From: an uncultured Candidatus Saccharibacteria bacterium
Lineage (GTDB): Bacteria > Patescibacteriota > Doudnabacteria > UBA920
Length of the DNA stretch: 64,000 nucleotides
Assembly: GCA_964512925.1 (NCBI GenBank)
Contig: CAZEKH010000004.1
Span: forward strand, 2,431 to 66,430
Direction: 5' to 3'
Part shown: positions 37,021 through 46,012 of the stretch, one piece after another
Position numbering within the stretch: the first letter of the stretch is position 1
Layout: each line of letters starts with the position of its first letter
Program-made: the position numbers and the translations under genes
Notes under the pieces: generated by a model
What the model saw: the letters and a program-made list of their open reading frames with translations, nothing else
Told to the model about the DNA's origin: nothing
Database searches by the model: none

Positions 37021-37668
37021 ATGCCAAGATTAAAACCAAAAGAATTAAATGAAGCTTTATATAACCAGCCAGTTGAATTAACGGATAAACCAAACTCAAA
37101 TCCTCATTTTTATATTGATTTAGGAACTGATGGTTTAGGGTCGGCAAAAAAAGAAAAATTATTTAATACTTTGGAATTATTAGTTTTGGATTTTATTAGT
37201 TCGTATAGAGAACTTTTACTGTCTGAGATTGATGAATATCAAAAATGTAATCCTAATACCACCATCTTTACAGATGCAATAAAAGACCATATAAAGTTTT
37301 TTGGTTTGGAAAAACCTTATATAGGAATTTACGGAACAGAATCTGGTAATCAATTTTTGATTAAAAACCAACTTCAGAGGCAGCTGGGACCCGATTCATT
37401 AATGTTGGTTTTTCAGCAATCAAAACCTTTGAGTTGGTTTTGGAAAAAGGGTAATGATGGTAATAAAAGTCCAGAAGACGAGAGTCGGGATTTAAATAGG
37501 ACAGTTATAGAGTGGGGTACTTTATATAGAAAAGTCATGCCTGAGCTATGGAAATTGATTTATAGGCTACAGGAACAATATAATATAAATTTAAGTCGAA
37601 TAAATTTGTTTTCAGACCATAATAATGAGTATTATTATGTTTGGGAAGTATCTGCAAAATCTGAATAA
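37021..37668 (+). CDS. hypothetical protein
   Basis: 215-aa ORF with no recognised motifs. Confidence 0.35.
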   Translation: MPRLKPKELNEALYNQPVELTDKPNSNPHFYIDLGTDGLGSAKKEKLFNTLELLVLDFISSYRELLLSEIDEYQKCNPNTTIFTDAIKDHIKFFGLEKPYIGIYGTESGNQFLIKNQLQRQLGPDSLMLVFQQSKPLSWFWKKGNDGNKSPEDESRDLNRTVIEWGTLYRKVMPELWKLIYRLQEQYNINLSRINLFSDHNNEYYYVWEVSAKSE

Positions 37669-37674
37669 AATTTT

Positions 37675-38751
37675 TTATGGAAGGATGAAGCCGCGGATAA
37701 TTTTACTTCCGTGAGGAATAAAGCGGGTATTAACAGTGCCGAACTTTTTATAATTCATTTCTGAAACCACGAATCCGTTATCCGAAACAGATTCAACAAA
37801 AGCCACGTGTCCAAAACGTCTATCGTCCGTCGTTACCACTATTGCTCCGACAGTTGCGCGGTCAGAAATCACTGAGCCGTAAGCTTTGGAATTTGCCAGC
37901 CAATTTTTTGCGTTGCCGCCCCAGGGGACGTGGCGTTTGGTCGCTACATACCAGGTGCAGTAGCCCCAAGGAAATATATGACCTGTGCCGTTATCAACAT
38001 ATTGTGGTTTTAACACTCCGCCAGGTTTGACTTTCCCGTCATTGGTTTTGGGTATGGTTTTAGGTTTGACGGCTTCCGGCATCCTGCCGCCCGGCACTAT
38101 TATCAGCTGTCCTTCGTCTATATCTTCAGCGCTTGCCAAACCGTTATAGGCGATAATCTTGTCCAAGTCAGCCTTATATTTTTTTGCCAGGTCAGGCAGG
38201 GTGTCGTTGCTGGTGGCTTTATGGAAAACTCCGTCAATCGGAAGTATAACCAAATTCCATCCGGGTTTGACTGAAAAACCGGGCAGATTGTTTGCCCAGA
38301 TGATGGTTTGGGCATTGATACCGTTTGCTTGGGCAATTTTGGACAGAGAGTCGCCTTCTTTTACAGTATAGAGTTTAATCTGCTTATCCAGCAGGTTTTG
38401 CAAACTGTCCGCCGGCATACTGTTTAGAGAGTCCAAATCTTGCGGTTGAGAAAGCTCCGTGTCTTGCGGCTCTATATAAGAGTTGCTAAGCGATTCAAAA
38501 CTTTCAGCCTGGGCATAAGTAAAAATACCGGCTTCTTTGTTTACTGTGGTGATGATGCTGGTATTTTTTTCGTACAGCTTAGAATTCAGTTGCGGGTGGT
38601 TGTTTAAAAGCTGGGCTGACAGGCTTTTGTCGCGAAATTCAAAATGAAAAAATGACAAATTATAAGCGGCGGTTAATACTGCCAACAAAATAAGCAGCGC
38701 TTCGCTGGAAAACTTAAAAACCAAATCAAACCAGTCCAGCTTGATATGCAC
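37675..38751 (-). CDS. peptidoglycan hydrolase: N-terminal TM segment, two LysM domains and a C-terminal CHAP domain
   Basis: LysM domains: YTVKEGDSLSKIAQANGINAQTIIWANNL and LAKKYKADLDKIIAYNGL...GQLIIVPG. CHAP domain: GYCTWYVATKRHVPWGGNAKNW...GAIVVTTDDRRFGHVAFVESV. Confidence 0.75.
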   Translation of the reverse strand: MHIKLDWFDLVFKFSSEALLILLAVLTAAYNLSFFHFEFRDKSLSAQLLNNHPQLNSKLYEKNTSIITTVNKEAGIFTYAQAESFESLSNSYIEPQDTELSQPQDLDSLNSMPADSLQNLLDKQIKLYTVKEGDSLSKIAQANGINAQTIIWANNLPGFSVKPGWNLVILPIDGVFHKATSNDTLPDLAKKYKADLDKIIAYNGLASAEDIDEGQLIIVPGGRMPEAVKPKTIPKTNDGKVKPGGVLKPQYVDNGTGHIFPWGYCTWYVATKRHVPWGGNAKNWLANSKAYGSVISDRATVGAIVVTTDDRRFGHVAFVESVSDNGFVVSEMNYKKFGTVNTRFIPHGSKIIRGFILP

Positions 38752-39174
38752 GGCCGGAAAAGAATTTAAATGTATGGATTTAAAGCGCGGCAGCCTTTGT
38801 TTGAGTTTGAAGATGGTTTTTTTTGAATAGTAGGCTAAAAAAAACAGTGATCTTGCGCGGATGCTTTTTAGCCAAAGCTGCCAATTATAAATTGTATTTA
38901 TAAAGTATCTGCCATATACCCAGAGCAGCGCGCGGTTTTCATCAAGTTTAGGAGCTCCGCCAACAGCTAAGGGTTTAATTGATAGTACTAAACCAGGGGG
39001 TGTGTCTATCTTGCAATAACTATATTTATACTAATTTTAAGCCCTAAGTACTTTTTGAGCAAGAAAAATGATCCACAATTATTCGTTTCAGCTCTTAAAT
39101 ATAGCAAATAAAATTTTTATACTCATAAATATGACCAACTCTTTGATTAAATATTTTTGTGCTAAAATAAATGA

Positions 39175-41337
39175 ATGGATTTAGCATCTTTTAACGAAAA
39201 ACAGAAACAGGCAGTGACCTCAGGTTTGGGCCCGGTTTTGGTTTTGGCAGGTCCGGGCAGCGGGAAAACCAAAACTTTAACCGCGAGGATTGCTTATATT
39301 ATAGAGAAGAAGATGAAAAAGCCCTCTGAAATACTGGCTTTGACCTTTACAAACAAAGCATCAAAAGAGATGAGGGATAGAGTAGCCAAGCTTTTAACCA
39401 AAATGCCTGGGGCTGCCGAGCTGTTGACTATGGGCACTTTTCATTCTGTTTGTTCGAGGATTTTGAGAAAAGAAATATCCAAACTCGGATACAGTCCGGA
39501 TTTTGTGATTTTTGATTCTGACGACCAACAGAAGATTGTCAAAGAAATTTGCGAGGAGCTGGCTTTGGGCAAGCAGCTGCCGCCTTCTTTGTTCGGGGCT
39601 CTTATATCCAAAGGCAAAAATATGCTGCAGACTCCGGATGAGTTGAATTTGGATACTGACAAAAGGCTTTTGGAAAAAACCCGGGAAGTTTATGTTCGCT
39701 ATCAGGATGCCTTGTTTCGCCAAAATGCCTTGGATTTTGATGATCTCTTAATGTTGACAGTGAAGCTGTTTGAAGCCGACAGCGAAGTTTTGGAAAAATA
39801 CCAAAAAAGATTTACTTATATATTGGTGGATGAATATCAAGATACTAACCCGGTGCAGTATGCACTGCTCAGACTTTTGTCCACCCATAGAAATTTGTTT
39901 GTGGTTGGGGACGACGCGCAGAGCATTTACAAGTTTCGTGGCAGCGACATTTCCAATATTTTGAACTTTGAAAAAGATTTTCCGGAAAGCGTGGTGATTG
40001 CCCTGGAGCAAAACTACCGCAGCACTAAAAATATCTTAGCCGTGGCGCAAAAAGTGATTGAACTGAATCCGGAGCAAAAGAAAAAAACTTTATGGACGGA
40101 AAATCACGACGGGGAGAAAATATTTTTAGTTCGGGCTGAAGATGAACGGGCTGAGGCGGAATTTGTGGCAAAAAAAATTGTTAAACTTGCTTCAGGGGGA
40201 AGCGAACCTGAGTATGAAGAACCTGAAGATATAAAAAGCCAGAGCGGTTCTATTTTGGACAGGTTTTTGCTTGCTCGGAAGAAATACGGCCAGAGTATGG
40301 GCGGCTTTTTAAGGCAATTGCCCCAACTGCCGAAAATTCACGAGAGTTTGAAAGAATACGCGGTTTTGTACCGCACGCACGCGCAGTCTAGAGCTATAGA
40401 AGAAACTCTGATACAATCCGGCATTCCTTACCAGATAATCGGCGGGTTTAAGTTTTATGACCGCAAAGAGATCAAGGATATGCTTTGTTACTTGCGTTTG
40501 GTTTTAAACTTTCGCGATTTGGTGTCTTTAAAAAGAGTGATCAATGAGCCGCCAAGGGGCATTGGCGATAAATCGTACCAGGTTATTCGGGATTTTATTT
40601 TAGATTTTCAGAATTCTGCCAAAGACCAGGAAGTTAGCAAGTCAGCTGAACTCGCGGTTTTCCGACTCAAATTTGCCGAAGTTAAGCTCAGTCCCAAGCA
40701 GTGGCAGTCAGCCCAGGATTTTTTTTCTATGCTGGAGGAGCTTTCTGCTGTGCCGGATGATTTCAAATTGCCGGATTTGATGAAGATGATTGTCAGAAGG
40801 GCTCGTTTGGAGCAGTATATAAGAGACGGCAGCGACAGCGGGGAGTCCAGGTGGGAAAACCTGCAGGAGCTTCTGACAGTAGGTGAAAAATTCAGAAACC
40901 TCAAATGGCGGGAAGGCGTGGCGGAATTTTTGGAAGAAGTGGCTTTACTTTCGGAGATTGACCAAAAGCAGGACGAGAAAAACGCAGTTACCCTGATGAC
41001 TCTCCATAGCGCCAAGGGTTTGGAATTTGATACTGTGTTTTTTGTCGGGTTGGAAGAGGGTATCTTGCCGCATTCTAGAAGCCTGACAGAGTCTGACGAG
41101 TTGTCCGAAGAGGTGAGGCTTGCTTATGTGGGTTTAACTCGGGCGCGGAAAAATTTGTTTTTGCTTTTTGCCAAAAGCCGGATGTCTTTTGGGCAAAGGC
41201 AGATCCAGTCGCCTTCGCGAATTTTAAAAGCTATGCCCAAGGAAAAATTGCAGCTTGTAAACGGCGCGGAAGCGGTATTTGCCGGCACGGCGGAAGATGG
41301 GGAATTGGAATATGTGGAAGATGGAGAATTGACCTAA
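39175..41337 (+). CDS. uvrD: UvrD/PcrA/Rep-family ATP-dependent DNA helicase
   Basis: Motif I GPVLVLAGPGSGKTKTLTARIAYI, motif II ILVDEYQDTNPVQY, FVVGDDAQSIYKFRG, and the C-terminal LMTLHSAKGLEFDTVF and YVGLTRAR. Confidence 0.9.
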   Translation: MDLASFNEKQKQAVTSGLGPVLVLAGPGSGKTKTLTARIAYIIEKKMKKPSEILALTFTNKASKEMRDRVAKLLTKMPGAAELLTMGTFHSVCSRILRKEISKLGYSPDFVIFDSDDQQKIVKEICEELALGKQLPPSLFGALISKGKNMLQTPDELNLDTDKRLLEKTREVYVRYQDALFRQNALDFDDLLMLTVKLFEADSEVLEKYQKRFTYILVDEYQDTNPVQYALLRLLSTHRNLFVVGDDAQSIYKFRGSDISNILNFEKDFPESVVIALEQNYRSTKNILAVAQKVIELNPEQKKKTLWTENHDGEKIFLVRAEDERAEAEFVAKKIVKLASGGSEPEYEEPEDIKSQSGSILDRFLLARKKYGQSMGGFLRQLPQLPKIHESLKEYAVLYRTHAQSRAIEETLIQSGIPYQIIGGFKFYDRKEIKDMLCYLRLVLNFRDLVSLKRVINEPPRGIGDKSYQVIRDFILDFQNSAKDQEVSKSAELAVFRLKFAEVKLSPKQWQSAQDFFSMLEELSAVPDDFKLPDLMKMIVRRARLEQYIRDGSDSGESRWENLQELLTVGEKFRNLKWREGVAEFLEEVALLSEIDQKQDEKNAVTLMTLHSAKGLEFDTVFFVGLEEGILPHSRSLTESDELSEEVRLAYVGLTRARKNLFLLFAKSRMSFGQRQIQSPSRILKAMPKEKLQLVNGAEAVFAGTAEDGELEYVEDGELT

Positions 41338-41454
41338 TTTTTAATTACCCTAATTTCTAAACAAATCCAAATACTTAATTTAAATTTTAGAGCAACTAGA
41401 ATAATTAGCCCGCCAGTTGGCGGAAATTAGAAATTTACAGACAATTTTATAAAA

Positions 41455-42363
41455 ATGGACTCACAATATATTAAAACATTGTTATCACGATACGGATTAA
41501 AACCTAATTTCACTTACGGGCAGAATTTTTTGATTGACGAGGTCGTGCTGGAAGATATGGTGGACGCAAGCGGGATAAGTAAAGAAGATTTGGTTTTGGA
41601 GATCGGGCCGGGTATCGGCAACTTGACCCGCAAACTATGCGAAAGAGCCGGCTTTGTTTTGTCCGTGGAAAAAGATCCCAAGTTTCAGCCCATTCTTTAC
41701 AATATTAAAAAAGATTTCCGGGACAATTTTAGATATGAGATATTTGACGCTTTGGAGTTTGACTACCAAGATTTTTTGGAAAACTATACAAGGCACGAAA
41801 TATCCGAATTAAAAACGAACGACACCAATTCGGGACATTCGGGTGAAGTTCGTAAATTAGTGTCGCCCTACAAAGTTGTCGCCAACATCCCTTACTACAT
41901 CACCGGGAAAATTTTGGAAATGTTTATGACCTCAAAAAATAAACCTTCCAGCATCACGGTTCTCACCCAAAAAGAAGTTGCAGAAAGAGTGGTCGCAAAG
42001 GCCGGGGGGATGTCGCTTCTTTCCATCTCGGTTCAACTTTACGGCGAGCCGAAAATCATTTCCATTGTTCCTGCCAGAAGTTTTTATCCGGCGCCTAAAG
42101 TTGATAGCGCGGTTTTGAAAATAGATCTTTTTGAAAAGCCTAAATACGAAATTGAAGATGAGAAGAAATTTTTCAAAGTCCTAAAAGCTTGCTTCTCTGG
42201 AAAACGAAAACAGATCCACAACACCCTGTCCGGAAATTTCGGACTGCCTAAAGAAAAAGTTTTAGAAGTTTTATCCGAACTTTCCATTGACCCGAAAATT
42301 CGTCCCCAGGAACTGGAGATAGAGCAGTGGGTGGAGTTGGTTAAAAAAATCAGTAGTAATTAG
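41455..42363 (+). CDS. rsmA: 16S rRNA (adenine1518/1519-N6)-dimethyltransferase RsmA/KsgA
   Basis: YGQNFLIDEVVLEDMVD...VLEIGPGIGNLT is the SAM motif. VVANIPYYIT is the NLPY-type motif. Confidence 0.85.
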   Translation: MDSQYIKTLLSRYGLKPNFTYGQNFLIDEVVLEDMVDASGISKEDLVLEIGPGIGNLTRKLCERAGFVLSVEKDPKFQPILYNIKKDFRDNFRYEIFDALEFDYQDFLENYTRHEISELKTNDTNSGHSGEVRKLVSPYKVVANIPYYITGKILEMFMTSKNKPSSITVLTQKEVAERVVAKAGGMSLLSISVQLYGEPKIISIVPARSFYPAPKVDSAVLKIDLFEKPKYEIEDEKKFFKVLKACFSGKRKQIHNTLSGNFGLPKEKVLEVLSELSIDPKIRPQELEIEQWVELVKKISSN

Positions 42364-42409
42364 TATGAAGTATTATGTATTAAGTATTAAGCAAATAAAT
42401 TCCTAATTC

Positions 42410-42883
42410 CTAAATACTAAGTTCATCCCCCACTTTAATGTTATTTTTTTTGCTCCAGCCGGCGTTGACTTCTAAAACTGCATCAACCGGTCCGGGGGAA
42501 GAGTAGCGGGGGAGGCTAGTATCTTGAGCATCGTATCTTTTGTTGTTAACCGGGGCAGGGACATCGGCAGTAATGCCGATTATTTTTTTATTTTCAATCC
42601 AAATTATATCCAAGTTAAAATTCATATCTTTCATCCAAAAAGAAACTTGTGATTGTTTTGAAAATTTAAAAAGCATCCCTTGGTTTTCACCTAAAGTTTT
42701 TTGGCCGGACAACCCTTGGATTTGTTTTTCTGGCGTATCGGCTATGGCAACTGAAATAATCTTATCTTTTATTTTAAGGTTTGTTGGATAAGTATTTGTT
42801 TGATTATTTTTTTGCGCATCACAAGCAGATGCCAGAAAAAAAAGAGAAAAAATTACAATTATTTTTCTAAAATTTATATGCAT
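42410..42883 (-). CDS. DUF192 (COG1430) protein with a lipoprotein-like signal peptide. The likely start is MHINFRK.
   Basis: GLSGQKTLGENQGMLFKF...FWMKDMNFNLDIIWI...AVLEVNAGWSKKNNIKVGDEL is the DUF192 pattern. The signal peptide is IIVIFSLFFLASAC. Confidence 0.65.
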   Translation of the reverse strand: MHINFRKIIVIFSLFFLASACDAQKNNQTNTYPTNLKIKDKIISVAIADTPEKQIQGLSGQKTLGENQGMLFKFSKQSQVSFWMKDMNFNLDIIWIENKKIIGITADVPAPVNNKRYDAQDTSLPRYSSPGPVDAVLEVNAGWSKKNNIKVGDELSI

Positions 42884-43027
42884 ATTTTTAGAATAACAGA
42901 AAAAGAAATTTTGGGCTAGACAAAAAACTGAATGTGTGCTATAATATAGTAAATATTGGTTAAAAACCTCTATTGAAACCAAAACAAAAAAACAATTAAA
43001 TATTTAAACCCTGAACATTTTGAATGT

Positions 43028-43798
43028 TTGGGCGTTCAAGTTATGGAAGAACGTATGGATATACCAAATCAAAATTCCAAACCCGAACCTTTACACTTCG
43101 GGCATTTTGCGTTGATAGCTATAGCTGTTGTGGGGGTGTTTGGGCTGACTGTGTTTAAAAAAGGAACAGCATTTTTTTATCCAAAATCCGAGATCAAAAA
43201 AAATCTATATACCTATGAACAAGCAACCTTGGACGCGCAAAAAGAGTTGGGAATAAATGTATCTGTAAATCAAATTGCTTCAAGCTCTCAGGATGAAAAA
43301 GAACTGGCGCTTATAGATCCCAATTTTTCTTCGGGCGGGTCTGTGTTAGGCGAGTCTACCGAGGCTGAAGAGGCGATAGCAAATAATGTTTTTGAAATAC
43401 CGGAAGAGATTTTAAATGGTATTCCTATTTTATATACCGCGCCAAACACCAAAGAAGCGGCGCAAAAATATTTCTCGGATTTTAGCGAAGCTGAATATCA
43501 AAACGACTTGCCCGTAGTGCTTGAAGGTTTGAGTTCGGATGATCCGGAAAAGATAGGTCAGGTGCCGGAAAAGATAGACAAGCTGATGAAAGCTTTTTTG
43601 GATTTGGATGTACCGCCGGATTTATATAAATTTCACCGGCTGAAACTTTTATATTATTCAGAGCTCAGGCAGATGGCGATGGCTGTTCTTTCCGCTGAAG
43701 GAGCTCAAACTCCGGAAAGCGTGAGCGAGCAAACCATCTCAGTGGTGCAGGCTTTAAGCGAAGAGCAAAAAAAAATTGACAGCCAATTTGGTTTTTAA
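43028..43798 (+). CDS. hypothetical single-TM membrane protein with an acidic C-terminal domain; first gene of the T4SS-like cluster
   Basis: TM segment FGHFALIAIAVVGVFGLTVF. Co-directional with the downstream cluster and 3 nt from the next ORF. Confidence 0.35.
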   Translation: MGVQVMEERMDIPNQNSKPEPLHFGHFALIAIAVVGVFGLTVFKKGTAFFYPKSEIKKNLYTYEQATLDAQKELGINVSVNQIASSSQDEKELALIDPNFSSGGSVLGESTEAEEAIANNVFEIPEEILNGIPILYTAPNTKEAAQKYFSDFSEAEYQNDLPVVLEGLSSDDPEKIGQVPEKIDKLMKAFLDLDVPPDLYKFHRLKLLYYSELRQMAMAVLSAEGAQTPESVSEQTISVVQALSEEQKKIDSQFGF

Positions 43799-43801
43799 GC
43801 G

Positions 43802-45847
43802 ATGCAAAACAAAACAAAAATCCAATTCAAAAAGATTTTAGCAGGATGTCTTCTGGCATCTATGCTTTTTTCCGCGTATCCAAACAAAACCCAAGCTTTG
43901 ATACCGGTACACGATTTGCCCGGTTATATTTTAGACGGTCTGAAATTTTCAGTGGATTTTTTAAGAAACCTCGCTCTTGGAGCTCCGGGTTCCGGAGCTG
44001 CGACCAGGGCGGCTTTAAAAGGCGCGAAAAAACCTTGTGATGCCGTGAAGACCGCATATCAAGCTTCCCAGGCAGCTGACGTTTTTCCTGGAGCTGAGGT
44101 GTTAGGTGGAAACTCAGTTCAGATCGGAAAACTGACTGCGAAAATCACGGCGTTACAAACCTTAAGAACTTGTTATATCTCAGTTTTGGCTTTGGAAGAG
44201 GCTCCCGGGGCTTTGGCCGGAGTATTGGGCGGTTTGCAAGCTGAAAGCGCAGCGGGTTTTAACGAATTGATTTTGGAAAATGCAATCAATGCTCTGGATC
44301 AGAGGATTGATAAATTGGTGGAACTGCGGAGCAATGCCATCAAAGCAATGTGGAAAGCGGTTGCGGTCAAAGTTTTGATTACTGCGGAAAATAAATTTGT
44401 TACCAATGTAGTTAATGACATTATCCGCAAATACAAAGTTTCCAACTTTTTGGATTACGGCGATGCGTTAACAACTCAAATATACAACATTGAATACGCA
44501 CAGAAAAATTATCCAAATCAGGTTGACCAGGCGATCATTAAATCTGTCTGGCAAAGCGATCCTTTTCAAGGCGAGCTCTCACCGATTTTAAGCGCCCAGG
44601 CTTCCGAGAACCTGGGATTTGACCCTACGCTTATAGATTACAATGATCCGGCATTTTTTGTGAAAATGGCGCAAGCGGGGAGTATGAACAATACGCCTGA
44701 CGGGCTAAATGTTTTGTATAACGACGCGGCAACAGTTGTCAGGGCGCAGGCTAAGGCAAATGCCCAGGCGGAAATTTCCCAAGGCCAGGGAGTGATGGCG
44801 CTGAGGAATTGTAGCGGGATTGCCAGCCAGGAGAGAAGGTTTGATAGCGACTTTAAAGCCAAGCAGGATGATTTGGCTTTAAAACAGGCAGCTTACCAGA
44901 AGCTGTGGGCGGCGCAGATTAGCGATCCTTCTTCTGTTGACCCCCAGGATTTACAAAGGGCGCTGAATAATTTAAACCAGGCCAAAACCGCTTTGGCAGC
45001 ATTGCCAAAAAGAAATAGCGATGTGTTTGTGAAAAGATGCGAAGATATTTCCAATCCGGCTTCAGCCATAAATAATTTTACCAATACATTTTTATCAACC
45101 TCGCTTATCGGTTCCAAATTTAAAGAACCGGAAAACTTGTCTTTTGCTCCTTCTGCGGTAGGGGCTTTCAGTTCTTTGTTTTTAGACAAGCTGATCGGAG
45201 TAACCAAGGGCAGAAGTTTGGGAACCAGGGATTTTGAGGATATGGCGCTTACAACCTCCGGTCAATATGCTTCGGATTTAAGCCTCAACATTTTAAGAAG
45301 CGCGGAAAATTCAACAAAAAATAATTCTCTGTTTTTATCAGTTGCCTCAGCAGGTTCCGCTGGCAGGTTTGTTATTAATTGGGATGCCAGCGCTTTGGAA
45401 GGCGGGAGCCGGATCACGATAACCGGCACGGGGTCAGGGGCTTTGAATTATTCGGCCCAGTCTTTAAAGGGCAGTATAACCATCCAGAGCCAGCAGACGA
45501 GCGGATCTTTTACTTTGAAAGTTTTTGACTCTGCCAATAAAGAACTCGCTTCTGAGGTTGCCAACATCCCAGCGGTGCCAAATTTGACTTTAGGTTCGCC
45601 CCAAAACCCCGATTTGAGCAGTTCCATTTCAAATACAAACACCAGCCTTATAACTTCCGGCTTAATACCCACACCTCCACCATCTTCCGAATATACTTGC
45701 AATGGTCAATATATTAGTTATAATGAATGTTTGTTGCAGCATGAGCCGAATTATTGCGCAGCGATTTGTGGTGGAGTAAATGGCGCAAACATAAAAAGTC
45801 CAGAGTTTTTAAGGGGTAGCCAGGCAGTGAAGATTCGTGGAAATTAA
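43802..45847 (+). CDS. large secreted protein (681 aa) with a signal peptide, coiled-coil regions and a C-terminal Cys-rich module. It may be a pilus or surface component of the T4SS-like cluster.
   Basis: Signal peptide ILAGCLLASMLFSAYPNKTQA. The C-terminus YTCNGQYISYNECLLQHEPNYCAAICGG has 5 Cys. A strong terminator follows directly. Confidence 0.35.
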   Translation: MQNKTKIQFKKILAGCLLASMLFSAYPNKTQALIPVHDLPGYILDGLKFSVDFLRNLALGAPGSGAATRAALKGAKKPCDAVKTAYQASQAADVFPGAEVLGGNSVQIGKLTAKITALQTLRTCYISVLALEEAPGALAGVLGGLQAESAAGFNELILENAINALDQRIDKLVELRSNAIKAMWKAVAVKVLITAENKFVTNVVNDIIRKYKVSNFLDYGDALTTQIYNIEYAQKNYPNQVDQAIIKSVWQSDPFQGELSPILSAQASENLGFDPTLIDYNDPAFFVKMAQAGSMNNTPDGLNVLYNDAATVVRAQAKANAQAEISQGQGVMALRNCSGIASQERRFDSDFKAKQDDLALKQAAYQKLWAAQISDPSSVDPQDLQRALNNLNQAKTALAALPKRNSDVFVKRCEDISNPASAINNFTNTFLSTSLIGSKFKEPENLSFAPSAVGAFSSLFLDKLIGVTKGRSLGTRDFEDMALTTSGQYASDLSLNILRSAENSTKNNSLFLSVASAGSAGRFVINWDASALEGGSRITITGTGSGALNYSAQSLKGSITIQSQQTSGSFTLKVFDSANKELASEVANIPAVPNLTLGSPQNPDLSSSISNTNTSLITSGLIPTPPPSSEYTCNGQYISYNECLLQHEPNYCAAICGGVNGANIKSPEFLRGSQAVKIRGN

Positions 45848-45887
45848 ATCTTATAGTAAATAAATAGGAAAAATCAAGTCTTTTTTA

Positions 45888-45923
45888 CCCCGCCCCGATG
45901 TACATCGGGGCGGGGTTTTGTTA
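45888..45923 (+). terminator. intrinsic terminator
   Basis: CCCCGCCCCGATGtaCATCGGGGCGGGGttttgtt. The CCCCGATGTNCATCGGGG core is shared with repeat family 2. Confidence 0.8.
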
Positions 45924-46012
45924 TCCCCAAAAAATTTTGAGGTTTTGGGTTTTTTGTGGTATAATTTTTAGGTATTTGGATATAAATTTCCTAAATTTTT
46001 ACCCCTTTTTCC

